Positions 43,683 through 57,299 of a stretch of 64,000 bases of DNA are shown here, one piece after another. Positions within the stretch are counted from its first letter, which is position 1; each line of letters starts with the position of its first letter. Source of the DNA: Octopus vulgaris (lineage: Eukaryota). The notes beneath the pieces are model-generated. The model did not search any database. It was not told the DNA's origin and worked only from the letters and a program-made list of their open reading frames with translations. A program made the position numbers and the translations under genes. The stretch lies in NCBI GenBank assembly GCA_951406725.2, contig OX597819.1:26722001-26786000 (forward strand), read 5' to 3'.

Positions 43683-44909
43683 CATATATATACATATATA
43701 TATATATATGATCGTGTTCCGAAGGAGAAAATGAGAGTAAGAGTGAGACACTGACAGACATGTAGAAAAGGCCTTCTCTCTTCCCTCTGTATATTTTAAT
43801 TCTTCGTTCTATGTCTCCCTCCATTAATATATCTTATGCCAGCATAGGTGACTTACTTACGTAGCCTGTGTCGATAATCGGAAAGGAAGAGATAATTTTA
43901 TATATTTTGCACACATATATTCGGTAAACTATTTTTAAATTGAAATTTCAGGAATAATTTCCCTTCCGTTTGCTCGCTTTGCCAAGAATTTCATGTCACT
44001 ATTTTTTTTTCCTTTTTCTTCATTTTTGTTTCTTCCGGATATCTGAGTTTGAAATTCGCAGTAGATTGCTTTCTTCCGCGACGATAAAATGAGATATATG
44101 CATACATACATGGTATATATGTATGCAAGTATGCATGCATGTAGATATGTATACATGTATACATAAGCCATAATATATATTGATTTATGTTTGTGATGTC
44201 AAAGGAAAGAAAATATACTCAATTCATAACATAGTGTTTATACTACTATAACCTGAATCCTTGCCAGTCATATTGCTGTATTTCACGTCACCGGTGTTTT
44301 AAATGACTGAAATAGATAAGTCCCATGAAAATACAGACGCAATATATTTCTCTATATTTGGAAACATAGTCAAGAGTCAAGATTTTATTGGTTGAGTGAA
44401 AACCATTAACAAATGCATCACATATTCGTGTAATATTAGAAAGAAAATGATACACTCAATTATTTTCATATAAGTAAGCAAGATATTGTTTTTATATATC
44501 ATATATGTAAAAGGCACAGGAGCCAGAAAAGGGATTATTGTTAATGAAATATTAGTCTTTATGAAAACTGAATGATCATTTTCAGTATTGCCATCTTCCT
44601 GAATACGTCAAATGCATTATGCTGCAAATATTCACACAATGGGTGCTGCTAAGTAGGATGTGATTAGTATAAAATGTTTGAAGGTCACAGTATATGAGCA
44701 TCTATCTTCAATATATATATTTTTTTTTCATTATTCTGGATTTAAGTACAAATAAACAGTGCCCTTGTACTAAATCTAACGATGAATGACAATATGTCTA
44801 TATTTTAATCAACAAATACATTTTAAATTTTAAGCAACTATATTAGTATTAGCATATGTAGTGTTTCTTGAAAATTCCTTTGAAAAATGCTTCTAGTAAT
44901 ATATATATG

Positions 44910-45100
44910 TAGGGAGAGTTTACGAAAAAAACAAGACGAAGACAGGTGGTGTACAAAACAAACAGATGTATTAGTATAACGCTCAGGAATAGAAAGCGTC
45001 TTTTATGTTTCGAGCCTACGCTCTTCTACAGAAAGGGACACAGAAAAAACAAGGAGAGAAAAAAATGTCTGTAGTGGCTAAAGATCTATCATGGCGACTA
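44910..45100 (-). mobile_element. Solo PLE-terminus-like element with HHR motif (U6 variant)
   Basis: Reverse homologue of 63359-63558; CUUU-CUGUAGA-A-GAGC-GUAG-GCUC-GAAACAUA-AAAG. Confidence 0.75.
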
Positions 45101-45699
45101 CCAATCAGATACATAGAAAGAGACAACGTCTTTCCACATTTTTCATATATGTCTGGATTTTAAGGAATAAATGTTTTAAAAACGATTAAACCATATAGAA
45201 TATATATTTGTATTATATATATATAGATGTGATCTTTATCTTTCGGAGAATTATAGCATCAAAATGTAATTTTTGAACCAAATTTGGAAATGACACATCT
45301 GTTGAGATTTACAGCTGCCTAAAATATCTTACTTCCTATGTATAGCCATATAACAAAACGATAACACATTTTGTTATCCACCAAGACAAAAGCCTCATTA
45401 ATATCCGTTTTTTTTTTTCCTTTTCATGTCATTTACTCATTTGATGCTGAAGACAGGAAAACATCACACTTTCGTGCATCTAAATAGAGCAAAATATTAC
45501 ATCTGCTGACTAAAACAATTGAATAGGTGATTGTAATACGACTATTCAAGTTGTTTTTCAGCTATCAATCAAACCATTCAAATCACAATTATTAATAATA
45601 TTTCCATATGTTTATGAGTTTTTTCATTTCTATATTGCCGGACTACTTACCTACTGAAATTATTTGAGTAATCACACATAACTACAACCATTGAGCACT

Positions 45700-46650
45700 T
45701 AACACCGGATTGATGGACACTGGATAAATAAGTATTTATTTCTAAAAGAATTGTGTTACATTTCGCTACCTCAGGCTGCTTGTGGAACAATCGGTATTTT
45801 TCAGCCAGCATTCCAAGTACAAATGACAGAACATCCTTCATTTTGCAGTAGTGTAACACAGTCGAGGATGGCCTGATATTGTTTTGGATGAGTAATGCAT
45901 GAATACATTACGGATATTTATTGATATATAAAGGTAGCCGGTAATCATACAGTCACTCTAACATTAGTTCTTATTTCTCCCGCACAATGAAGTTCGAAGC
46001 AATGGAATGCCTATGTTTCTGTAGTCCATAGTTGAATACAGACGTAGACACAAGTATTAGAATGAGTAAATTCAGATACAGTAATGATTTAGCAATGAAT
46101 ATAGTGTTTATAGTGAAGAATCTGGAATATTATCGTTCTTCTTTATAAACGTACTTATGTATAGTTATACCAATTACACCGACATATGCAAATGTGTCTA
46201 CGTGTGTTCTTAGGCATGCTTATTTACATATATTTATATAGGTTAGTAGAATGTTTAGCTAGGGAGCATCACCTTTTGTCTATCACCCGTAATGGTTTTG
46301 TGAAAGCCACACTTCTTGTGACGCCGATATTGTGAACGCTCGACTCTTTTGTTTGTATAGTTCGTATCACGTGAATGAGTTTTACCTATTCTAAATAAAC
46401 AATGGATGTGTTCCATCCGTGCCATCCAAACTGAACAAAAGTCAATTGTAGTTTTCACTGAACTGTTTCCTTAAACCTACATGAATCTCTTTCATTACCA
46501 GCACGCATTTTGCGCAAAAAATATGACCCGGCGTTTCGTCTGTTAATGTACACAACAGGTTGGAGGGCAATGTTTTGGTGCATGTAACTCAATTTCGTAC
46601 ATTTTTCGGCCAGGTTATGATTAGAATTTACTTGATTATAGTTAAATTTG
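45700..46650 (-). mobile_element. Possible highly decayed DNA-transposon (MULE-like) coding relic
   Basis: Fragmentary minus frames with a W...FR.G.T...TN...ERS-like motif; weak. Confidence 0.25.
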
Positions 46651-46851
46651 AACGCTCCTCGATATCGTCCGAAACTAGCTACATACTTGAATACACTAGG
46701 TGAATACATACACACACACACATATATATATATACATAAATCTCTGAGCGAGAGAGGGCACAGAGAGTGTGTCAATAGCCAACTGGAGGAGAGGTCCTCC
46801 TGGGGCTACAAGCTACAGTAGCATCTACCCTTAAGTGCCAAATATACTTCA

Positions 46852-46891
<40 letters not shown>

Positions 46892-47085
46892 ACTTTATAT
46901 AATTAGGGTTCAGCAAAAAAAATTTGCTTTACCGCATACCGAACTTTTAGAAATAGCAGCCAAAAAATTTAGCTATTTCTTCTACTATAAGAAGAGTCTC
47001 CCAGACAACGTATACTCAAAAACAATTCACGTAGGCATAGAGGGAAAAATAACGTGAAATAAGTTCACTCGAAATTAGATTATTC

Positions 47086-47162
47086 GTGAACGCGTTTCTG
47101 GGTTAGTCAGATATAGAGATGCTAGAAATACATCCCTATTCTAACATTCCCGTCATCAGCAC
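47086..47162 (-). ncRNA. Hammerhead motif with long stem II
   Basis: GUG-CUGAUGA-[GGG/CCC, GUUAG/CUGAC, AUAGGGAUG/CAUCUCUAU]-GAAA-CGCG-UU|CAC; the 10.1-11.1 pair is mismatched (C/A). Confidence 0.6.
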
Positions 47163-47390
47163 TGATATTTCATTAAATTTAAATTTGAGAGCACTATAAA
47201 TCGAACATACCCATCTGATTTGAGTAACCTCGGACAAACCATCCTCGACATCCAGTACTAACGAATTCAAAACACGAATGAGGCTCCTTAAATTTACCGT
47301 AAATGGTCCTTTTACTTACTGAATACTGCTTGATAAAATTATTAATTACTAATTAATTAATATTAATTTTGCCCTTTATTATTATTGACA

Positions 47391-47481
<91 letters not shown>

Positions 47482-47544
47482 CATATATATATGTGTGTGA
47501 GTGTATGTGTGTGTGTGTGTGTGTGTGTATGTGACCGCATGTGT

Positions 47545-47732
47545 ATCGTTGGCGATTTTCTTTCTCTTGCCCCCTTTGGACTTTTTCTATGTTTCTGACG
47601 AAGAGCTCCGCTCGAAACGGCAGATTCCTCCATCATTTCTTTCCTTTCCTGAGCGTCCAATAACACTGTACATATTCCATGTCCTCGCGTTGTTGTTTTT
47701 TGTTGTTCTTTCTTGCTTGTTCATGTTTGGAT

Positions 47733-47737
<5 letters not shown>
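47545..47737 (+). mobile_element. Short PLE-terminus-like element with HHR core
   Basis: CTGACGA-A-GAGC-TCC-GCTC-GAAAC at 47595-47618; homologous to 10651-10845; ends in (TA)n. Confidence 0.72.
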
Positions 47738-47775
<38 letters not shown>

Positions 47776-48302
47776 CTGCAAAAACAGAAAATGAATAGAT
47801 TTAGAGCAAAAGGACAAGGTGAGACAGGTTGATAAATAAAGAAAGAGAGACGGACTCAGTCGCTAACGAAGTGGGATGAAGAGTGCGAGAGTCAAAATAT
47901 AAAGGAATAAACGAATATAAAATATTGAGATAGAGTGAAAAAAGTACATTAAAATAGAATTGAAACAGAAAACTAATGCTTGCTATTTGTATTTTGGCCA
48001 TAGATAAAGGAAGTAAATTGGATATTTGTAAAAAAAATAAGAAGACAAACTTCTGGAATACAATCTGTTCGAACAAATATAACAGTACAAATTAGTTTAC
48101 ATGTTATTTTCCTTCAAATATCCTCTTTCATAATTGAATTATAATATGCACACCTCAGAAATTTAATTATCGGGAACGGTTTCAACTGAAATGTCAATTT
48201 TATTCAGTGTTAAATTATAATGTATGGACGACAAGATGTGAGCACGCACGCAGAGCTGCATTGACAGACATATACTCACAGACACTCTCAGACAACCAAA
48301 GG

Positions 48303-48350
<48 letters not shown>

Positions 48351-48389
48351 GTATCTATCTATCTATCTGTCTGTCTATCTATCTACATT

Positions 48390-48465
<76 letters not shown>

Positions 48466-48970
48466 ACTTACTAACTAACTATCTATCTATTCTATCTATC
48501 TATTTGTCTATTATTTATCTATCTACCTATGTATGTATATGTGTGTGTAGATGTATCTATCTATGAATATACATATATATATATACATATATATATATAC
48601 ATTTACATATATGTATGCATGCATATACATATACATATATATATATATATATACAGATATTTATGCATGTATATATACATACATATATATACATATATAT
48701 ATACATTTGCATACATATAAATATATACGTACACATATACATATATATATATGCATATAATATATATACATAGATGTATCTATCTATATATATATAAATA
48801 TATATATAGAGAGAGAGGTGGGAGAGAGAGGGACGAGATTGTATTTGTGCATGGTCGCGTTTATAAATGAGAAAGTTTACACTCGAACACACAAATACAT
48901 GCGTCCACAAATATATGGGTGTCTGTACACACACATGCATACGCATATACTCACGCATATACTTATACAT

Positions 48971-49021
<51 letters not shown>

Positions 49022-49054
49022 GATATATATATATATATATAGATAGATATAGAT

Positions 49055-49104
<50 letters not shown>

Positions 49105-49491
49105 GCATGCATGTATATCATTATATTTATTGTGTGTGTGTGAGTGCGTGTATGTGTGTGTTGTGTGTATTAAATGCGTGCTTGTACATATTTGTGGAGA
49201 AGGCACTTGTTGCAATAACATAAATGAATATCACGCGAAATGTAAATCAAGGAACATAGAGTAAAAAAATGTATATGTTTTATATGTGCTTGCTTCAGGC
49301 GAACATGTGTATTTAAAATCATATATACACATTGTGCCTTGAGAAATAGAGTTTACTTGGCTTTATAGAAGTCTGCAGTGTGACAATACAAAAGATAGCC
49401 AGTAAGCACTGAATTCAGACAAAACCTAAATTCATACGCTATTTGATGCTTTTTGTCTTTCAGTTGGTTATGTACGTGATGTGTGTTTATA

Positions 49492-50052
49492 TTGGGTTGT
49501 CCAGAAAGTTCGTGCCTTTTTATAGAGGCTTAACTTTCGACTTATTTTAGAACATGATTGAGTCCATAAAATTGGATTTGATTACACCTCCATTTAGAGC
49601 ACAGTTTAAGCTATCTTTTCGTAGAAGGTTTATGTTCCTATAACCTGTGTTAATTCTGTAACCCTTTAAAATGCAAGATAAGAAAGTTCATTTTCGTCAC
49701 TTGATGCTTTGGGAACCAGACAAAAATTGCTGCAACTCGGCTGTGATGTGTTACCCCACCCTCCATATTCACCAGATATTGCTCCTTCAGATTTCCACTT
49801 ATTTCCACTATTCTCTGCAGAATAGTGTTAAAGGTAAAAATTTCAATTCCTTGGATGATGTAGAAAGATACCTTGATAAATCCTTTGCCATGAAACCACC
49901 TCAATTCTGCGAAGAGTGTATTTTCAAGTTAAAGATGGAGACGCATTGTGCAACAAAGTGGTTCATATTTGGTTGATTAAAAACGGAATGGCAAGTATTT
50001 ATTGTCCTTTTCTTTCCTTTAAATATCGGCACGAACATTCCGGACAACCCAA
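49492..50052 (+). mobile_element. Internally deleted mariner (DD34D) element with both TIRs
   Basis: TIR TTGGGTTGTCCAGAAAGTTCGTGCC / GGCACGAACATTCCGGACAACCCAA, TA at left flank; KKVHFRHLML start fused to LPHPPYSPDIAPSDFHLF. Confidence 0.88.
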
Positions 50053-50651
50053 TGTATTTTAAATGCACATTCCTGCAAGAAACATCGATTTATGTCCAGG
50101 AAAATGATATATAGGATATGTATTTTATTGCTAAACATTGAAGAGGCAGTTTTGCTAGGTACGTAATATTTCAACAAACAATTACTTATTTTATCCTGGA
50201 AGTTACATAACGAAGCAAGTATATTTCTTATTAAGCATGAAATATCATATAGGTTTTCTGTATTTTATTAATACTCTTGCGTGTCTATATTCTGCAAACT
50301 AACCGGTCCCGTTGTTTGATTACACTCCTCGGAGTGAAATTAGAGTAAAAGAAGAGTGTGAGACCTACTACTAAGACCGAATTTTTTTACGTGTCACGTT
50401 CCACAGAACAGATACATCATGAAACGCTTATCAGTTTTTTTTTCCTTGTATATATGCGGATACATAGAGCAATATGTCTTCCAATTTTAAAGACAGTAGG
50501 GCGTCTTTTTTTTCAAGCAGGCTTGGCCTTATTTCCATTTGAAATGGCTATCTACAGATTAGTTTCTCGTATGTACGCATTTATGGATGTATATTTATAT
50601 GTATGGTTGTTTGTACATATATAATTATGAAATAAAATTTTGCAATTTCAG

Positions 50652-50855
50652 GAAATCCCTTCATCGGGTCTAGAAAAATGGTACAATCTCGAAGGCAGAT
50701 CCTCCAAATCAAATATTCAAGGTGAAATACAACTGAAATTATGTTTAACAACACGTGAGGATCGCGGAATACCTGAAGATGACAATTGGACTGACATGAA
50801 ACAACATGAGGATCTGATTTGTATTTTTATCGAATACCGCGTCCGAACATTACAG
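50652..50855 (+). CDS. BAIAP3: BAIAP3/Munc13-4-family exon (end of C2A and linker)
   Basis: TTTCAG acceptor, CAG|GTAAG donor, 204 nt, phase 0/0. [68 protein letters not shown] continues the C2 fold (W..LE.RS..S.VQG...L.L) in frame with the previous exon. Confidence 0.92.
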
Positions 50856-50930
50856 GTAAGATAAAAAGAAATGCACCGTTCCTGATAAAATTACACACAT
50901 ATGCACTCACATGCATATACGTATTTCACT

Positions 50931-51065
50931 TTCTTCTTCTTCCACTTTTTCTTCTACTACTACTATTTCTTCTTCTTCTTCTTCTTCTTCTTCTTCTTCT
51001 TCTTCTTCTTCTTCTTCTTCTTCTCCTTCTTCTTCTTCTTCTTCTTCTGCTTCGCCATCTTCTTC
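50931..51065. repeat. (CTT)n microsatellite
   Basis: Directly visible, about 75 bp downstream of the exon donor. Confidence 0.9.
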
Positions 51066-51201
51066 GTCTGCTACATTTTTGCGTTCATGTATGCGTGTAT
51101 ATGTTTATATTATATACACATATAAATATAAGTACATATACATATGGATGTACATATATATATATGTTTGTGAAAATGCTTTCGGCTTCAATCAAATTAT
51201 G

Positions 51202-51256
<55 letters not shown>

Positions 51257-51315
51257 GTATATATATGTATATATATATATATGTATGTGTGTGTGTATGT
51301 GTGTGTGTATACATG

Positions 51316-51413
<98 letters not shown>

Positions 51414-53952
51414 GATTGAAAATGAAGCTGAAAACAATTTCACAAACTAATCCAGACTAATCGCATACCTTGTCTAACGATTATTTGAAAATTTTTTCAA
51501 CTTTTGAAATCTAGAATTTTACCATACCTTTGTTATTCTGGTAACATTTCTCACCTTTGTTTTGCATCAATTCAATCAGGAGATTCTTAATACAGAAAAA
51601 CGCTACACCTAGTGCTGTGTACTTTCGCTTTCTAACGTAAATAAACAAACACCGACATATCTATGTTATACAGATGCATTGCTAAACTTTCAAAGAATTA
51701 TCCAAGTCTTTTCTTAAGTTATGAAACCATTTTTATTTAGATAAAAAAATTTCCGAAATAGATCGCATTATTTCATGAAAGGTATTTAGTGATCTGGAAG
51801 CGCAAAAGCTATTCAAGTATTTCACTCCTTTATCCACAAATGTTGATATCATTGTACATTATTTGTATCTATCGTAACATTAATAACATTCTTCGAATTA
51901 CATGCTAGTTCATTGTGCTTTGTAAGATTATTTATATCTATGGAATAGCCGGGTTGTCATAACCTAAATTAGATTCTTGAACATATAACCCTGAAACTAC
52001 TCATCATATATGACAAATTTTAGCTTAATGTTCTAAAATATATAAATGCTTATAATATTGGTTATAAGTGAGGTTGCAATGTTATTGTTAGTGAGGTTAA
52101 GCTAGAAAAGCTTTAGGTCGTGGACAGCTTATCTTTTATGTTGCTTAGATACGAGTACGTTAAAGGAATTCATGACATGCATTTGTTTCATTTTTATTAG
52201 CGTATATTCTCAATGTGTTCTTACGTGGTAAGTTTAGTGATCAATGTAAATTACAGAGTTTGGTACTTGTTAGGATATTTACCAATATTTACCGATATAT
52301 GGTATTTGATATCTTACAGCCTAAAAAAAATATTCCTTTAAATTATTGAGTTGTCAGATTCGTTTATTTCTCTTTTACTTCGTAATCGATCGTCGTATGT
52401 GTGAAAAGAGGTAAAATTTATCTAAATTTCAAAAACAATAAACAAACGTTATAGAGAAAGAATGGAGTTGCAAACGACAAAAAAAGAAACGCTACGTTGA
52501 CTATATTATTAGCGCTAACTCTATTAACATTGGAAACGATAAAATTAATGGGAAAAATACGAGCGAAATTTTGAACCCAATATTATGAAAAATGAGAGTT
52601 TTTAGGTTGAACTACATTATATTGTGTTCTTTATTAAGTCACTTGTCATTCACTGGTCTAGTGCGCCTAAATTTGGAGCAAAAACAGGTTATAGAACATG
52701 TCTACCCATTCAAATTGCAGAGATATCATGTCATTTAAAAGTACTAAAATACAATCATTTTGTTTTTTATTATTTCATAAATATGCGCATTACAATGGTC
52801 TTGGTAATATTTATAAAAAGTCACTAAGTTGAAGTATGGCATACGAACTACTAAATACGCCATTAGCATTGCTATTGTGACTGTGAGTAATAGTTTAACA
52901 GAATTGTAAGAGCTTCGAGAAAATGCGCTGCAGTGTTCAGTGACGGAAGCTAAGATAAGAGTTCAAAACCTGTGAAGGTTAACTAAGCTTTCCGTCGCTC
53001 TGGGGTCGATTCAGCAAAATCTAAAACCGATTTAATCGATTGTGACTTCTTCCAAGATGGGCCGCCTTCTGTCAGTGTAAGAAACCAAAATTATTGCAGT
53101 GACTTCTTACTAACACAAATATCTCATTTTAAATATATGTTTAGATTAACTGAGCCTTATCACTTCATTCAACTTCTAATCATGACGATTCACTTGCTTT
53201 ACGATATATAGCATAAAGGATTACGATTTTCGACTTAAGATATGAAGCATACAATATGATGGAAAATTCCGATATTTTAGCTGCCGTATCTAAAGGTTAA
53301 GTGTCTTTATATAAAAGATCTGTTATCAGATATTTCTTCTTCGAAATACACTATGGAATATAGAAAGATCCTAATACAGTAATGATCAAAGCCTATTCAT
53401 TCGGCACGTTTAGTGTTCTCCCATCCTCAACTGAACAAGCTACGATGGGGTTAATAAGAAATATCGAACAGATGCACAAACGTTTGATAACTCTAGAAAA
53501 TCAGTGTCACAATTTTGATATTATCCAAAACCGCGTATGCACAGAAGATATGGCCATAGTCATGGCTGTATAGTTAGAAGATGTTTTCATAGGCACATGT
53601 TCCGGGTTTGATACCACTTCACTGTCAATTCGAGGACTATATTTTACAATACCGTAAGTTTCATCAATACAAATAATTTATAGCCAAAAGTTCGAATACA
53701 CACACACTCACACACATACTCATATAAGTGTGTGGATGTATGTGGCTTTCACTGATACATAGTACAGAAAATGGTAACTGTGAGTGAAATCGCTATAAAA
53801 GACTAAATGATGGTGCCCCACGAGGATAATCTCTTGTAATATTTACTCTCCATCGAGGTGGAAACATTACATCGGCAATCGCTTCTTCATAAATGCAGGA
53901 AACATAAGTGTTACTGGCTGAAATACTGTAACTAACTACGCAATTGTTTATA

Positions 53953-54062
53953 TGGTGAATGTCTGTAACCTAATGGTTAGGGTCTCGCACTCATTATCGC
54001 AAGATCGTGATTTCGATAACGGACCGGGCGGCATGTTGTGTTCTTGAGCAAGACACTTTAAT
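53953..54062 (+). mobile_element. SINE family D head, diverged
   Basis: AATGGTTAGGG...TTGTGTTCTTGAGCAAGACACTTTA matches the reverse of 54960-55060. Confidence 0.6.
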
Positions 54063-54420
54063 TGACAATACTCAACGATCATTTCGACATCAGACATTTG
54101 CGAAACTGCGCAACTAGCGACTATACAGACAATGTCCATTTGAAGAAGGGTTTGAGCTAATAAACAGCATAAACATTTGAGCGTCATAAATAAATCCTCT
54201 GTGCCAGTTGTTTGGCAAGAGTGGAGGGCACTTCACTTATGATTTATGACAGCAGTGTACGCCATATGTATACATATATAGATAATAATAATGATAATAA
54301 TAATGATAATAATTATAATAATAATAATAATAATAATAATAGGGAGTATAAATCCAAGCTTACAGGGAAGAATTCAATTTAGTATTAAATCAAATTTCAC
54401 AATATAAATATATAATATAT

Positions 54421-54712
54421 ATAAATTAGAGAAAAACCACTATTATGTAATTCAAACAATGATAGACATAAACCAAATCATATAGAATAAAAAATATATG
54501 ATAAAACATTTATCTAGATTACAATAAATGACATAATAATAAACAGTAAATAATAAGTAAATAATTAGTTTAAATAATTACTTACTGTTTATTATTATGT
54601 ACTTTATTGTGATCTAGATAAATGCTTTATCATATATTTTATGTTTTCTATATGGTATGATTTACGTTTATCATTGTTTTAATTACATAATAGTGCTTTT
54701 TCTCTTATTTAT
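54421..54712. repeat. AT-rich imperfect hairpin (~135-bp arms)
   Basis: 54421-54558 pairs with 54578-54712 (e.g. CATAATAATAAACAGTAA / TTACTGTTTATTATTATG). Confidence 0.8.
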
Positions 54713-54738
54713 GTATATACACATATAGGATATATATA

Positions 54739-55063
54739 GGAGCACTCCGTCGGTTACAACGACGAGGGTCCCAGCTGATACGATCAACGGAACAGCTTGC
54801 TCGTGGAATTAACGTGCAAGTGACTGAGCAATTCTCAGACACCAGTACCCTTAACGTAGTTCTCAGGGAGATTCAGCGTGACACAGAGTGTGACAAGGCC
54901 GGCCCTTTGAAATACAGGTACAACTCATTTTTGCCAGCTGAGTGGACTGGAGCAACGTGAAATAAAGTGTCTTGCTCAAGGACACAACGCATCGCCGGGA
55001 ATCGAACTCACGACCTTACAATCGTCAGTCGAAAGCCCTAACCACTAAGCCATGCGCCTTCAC
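54739..55063 (-). mobile_element. tRNA-derived SINE family D, full length
   Basis: Minus: A box TGGCTTAGTGG, B box GAGTTCGATTCCC, central GTGTCCTTGAGCAAGACACTT..CACTCAGCTG, distinct 3' tail. Confidence 0.85.
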
Positions 55064-55079
55064 ATATATACATATATAC

Positions 55080-55155
<76 letters not shown>

Positions 55156-55189
55156 GGAGAGAGAGAGAGAGAGATACATACATAGATAG

Positions 55190-56590
55190 ATAGGAAAAAT
55201 AGAAGTTGGAAATGCAATTAGAATAGTTAATATATTTATTATTATTATATTTAAGGATTTGACCGGTTTCACAGTTCACACTGATTTTCAAATAGTTGAG
55301 TAAGCTTTGTTTGATCAATGTGATCTTCATTACATCCTTGACATTTGATAGTGTATATTAAATTCATTAAACAACATGTAAAGTAAATTTTTACGGTAAA
55401 AATTTGTCCTGATTTGAATTTGTATGTTGTGTCTTCCAATAAGATTGATGCAAGTCCCAAAGCTGGGGCGGCCACACATTTTGATTGTTGGTGTATGAAT
55501 TGCGGAAGTTAATTTAGCACCTGTGAGGAATTTTTTCAGGATATTTTGATTGTTTTTTTACTATTATTTTTTTTTTTGTGTATTCCGAATGCTTGTTTCA
55601 TTCTTGGGTCTTGTCTTAGTATTGGGATGTTCTGATGGATAACATTGTAAACCTCTGTATTTCTTGGGTAGAGTATTGTAATAAAGGTTAAATTATTGAA
55701 TGTATCTGGAGCGTTTTTCGTAGTTCTTAGATATTTATTGGTTTGGCACGTTCTATTCCGTTGTCTATTAGCATTAATGCATATTGTCTTTTAAGTAGTA
55801 TTTGATTTAGTTCCTGGAGTCTTTTATTGCGAGTTTCAGAGTTTGAGACAATTGTGCAGATTCTTCTTGCTAGATTAAAGGTAATATTATTCTTCGTGCG
55901 TTGGGATGGCATGAAACGAACAGTAAGTATTGTTTAGAATCTGCTTGTTTGTAGTGAATGACTGTTTCAATGCTTTTATCTCATTTGATGATTAGTATAT
56001 CCAGGAATGGTAGTTGAGTTTTACTGTAATCCATAGTGAAGTTTATATTATTGCTTATGCTGTTGATTAGGACCTTGAAATCTATAAGTTGTTCAAATGT
56101 GTGCGTCCATAAGATTACACAGTCATCTAGGTAACGTTTTCAGTTTTCTAGTAGATATTAGTGGATGTTCAAGCTATGTTTTGATTTTGATTTTTCATAT
56201 ATCTGGCCCCCCTTGTAATATCGTCCCTTACAAGACTTGGTATGTATTTTAAAATAGGTTTCAGTAATATATCTAAAAATATATATTGAGTCTGTGTGTC
56301 TCAGAGCTCACGCCTGCTACGATTGGTCTAAATTTGATGTCGGTGGGATATTGTATGTTTAGGCAACTTGATGTCGGTTCTTTACATGCCCACTTAATAA
56401 TAGTTTGATTCTTATGGACTTTTGGGAGACCGTAGAAGTAGCTAGTTTTGCAATCAAAATGTGTTATGTAGTCACATTCTTTGTTTGTTAAACCTTTTTG
56501 AAGTCTGTGTATGAGTGTGTTCAGTTGAGACATTGTCTTTGATCTTTGGTAATTATTCACCTTTTCGTAGCAGATTGTTCAGTAGTACCA
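55190..56590 (-). mobile_element. Penelope-like element (RT + GIY-YIG), decayed
   Basis: FYGLPKVHK...FRPIV, RYLDDC, LPFLDI, NNITFNLARRICTIVS and FTC...NLIYTIKCQGC motifs with stops, frameshifts and deletions. Confidence 0.88.
55255..55293 (-). ncRNA. Degenerate minimal hammerhead, U3-A8 core, at the PLE 3' end
   Basis: UUGAAAA-UCAG(UGUGAA)CUGU-GAAA-CCGG-UC; stem I poorly paired. Confidence 0.45.
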
Positions 56591-57070
56591 TTGGACTTAT
56601 TCAGTCAACCGAGTCAGCCTTAACTTACGACGTCACTTTGATACTTGTTAAGTGATTTTGATACATTGTCACTTGATACTAACACACGGGCGTAGCGGCA
56701 AGCATACAAATATTTCTAAGACCAGTCATGTGACTATTCTCTACCAATCAAACCCTATTCAAAACATATACTAATTTGGACCATGAACTCCCTATAAAAG
56801 TAGGGTAAGCTTCAAACACTATTCAGAAGCAAAATAGCTACGACTTGTGGCACGTCTTTCTATCCTTAAAAGACATGTTAAGATCCACAAAAATCAGAAC
56901 TTATCCCCCGCTCTTGGTGGTCCAAATCAGATGTGCAATCTTTGTGGGTGTCTTTCAGAACATTGTCTGGTTTAATAAGCCACATCAGATGCCATGATGT
57001 TGTTAAGGTATAGGTACAGGAGGTGGTCAAACTCTGCATAAGGAGAAGACAACTACCATATATATAAGTG

Positions 57071-57108
57071 AGAAATTTGAAAAGCTAAACGCGAAACCGG
57101 TCATTTCT
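57071..57108 (+). ncRNA. Minimal type I hammerhead, U3-A8 core variant
   Basis: AGAAAU-UUGAAAA-GC(UAAAC)GC-GAAA-CCGG-UC|AUUUCU; perfect 6-bp stem I. Confidence 0.62.
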
Positions 57109-57215
57109 TCTAAATTATGTCATTGTAAGAAAATAATATTCTTCAGACATATTGACTCAAATATATATTTTTTAACCTTTTAAAACAAGCCTACTGTAGT
57201 CTTTTCACTTTTTAC

Positions 57216-57280
<65 letters not shown>

Positions 57281-57299
57281 AATATATATTTTCTTTACC

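Noticed and set aside
50819-51450. Poly-Leu/Ser/Phe ORFs
   Set aside because: (CTT)n microsatellite downstream of the exon donor.
54985-55063. tRNA-like sequence (also heads at 8049, 28733)
   Set aside because: A/B boxes present but no acceptor stem or cloverleaf; they run into SINE bodies, so not tRNA genes.
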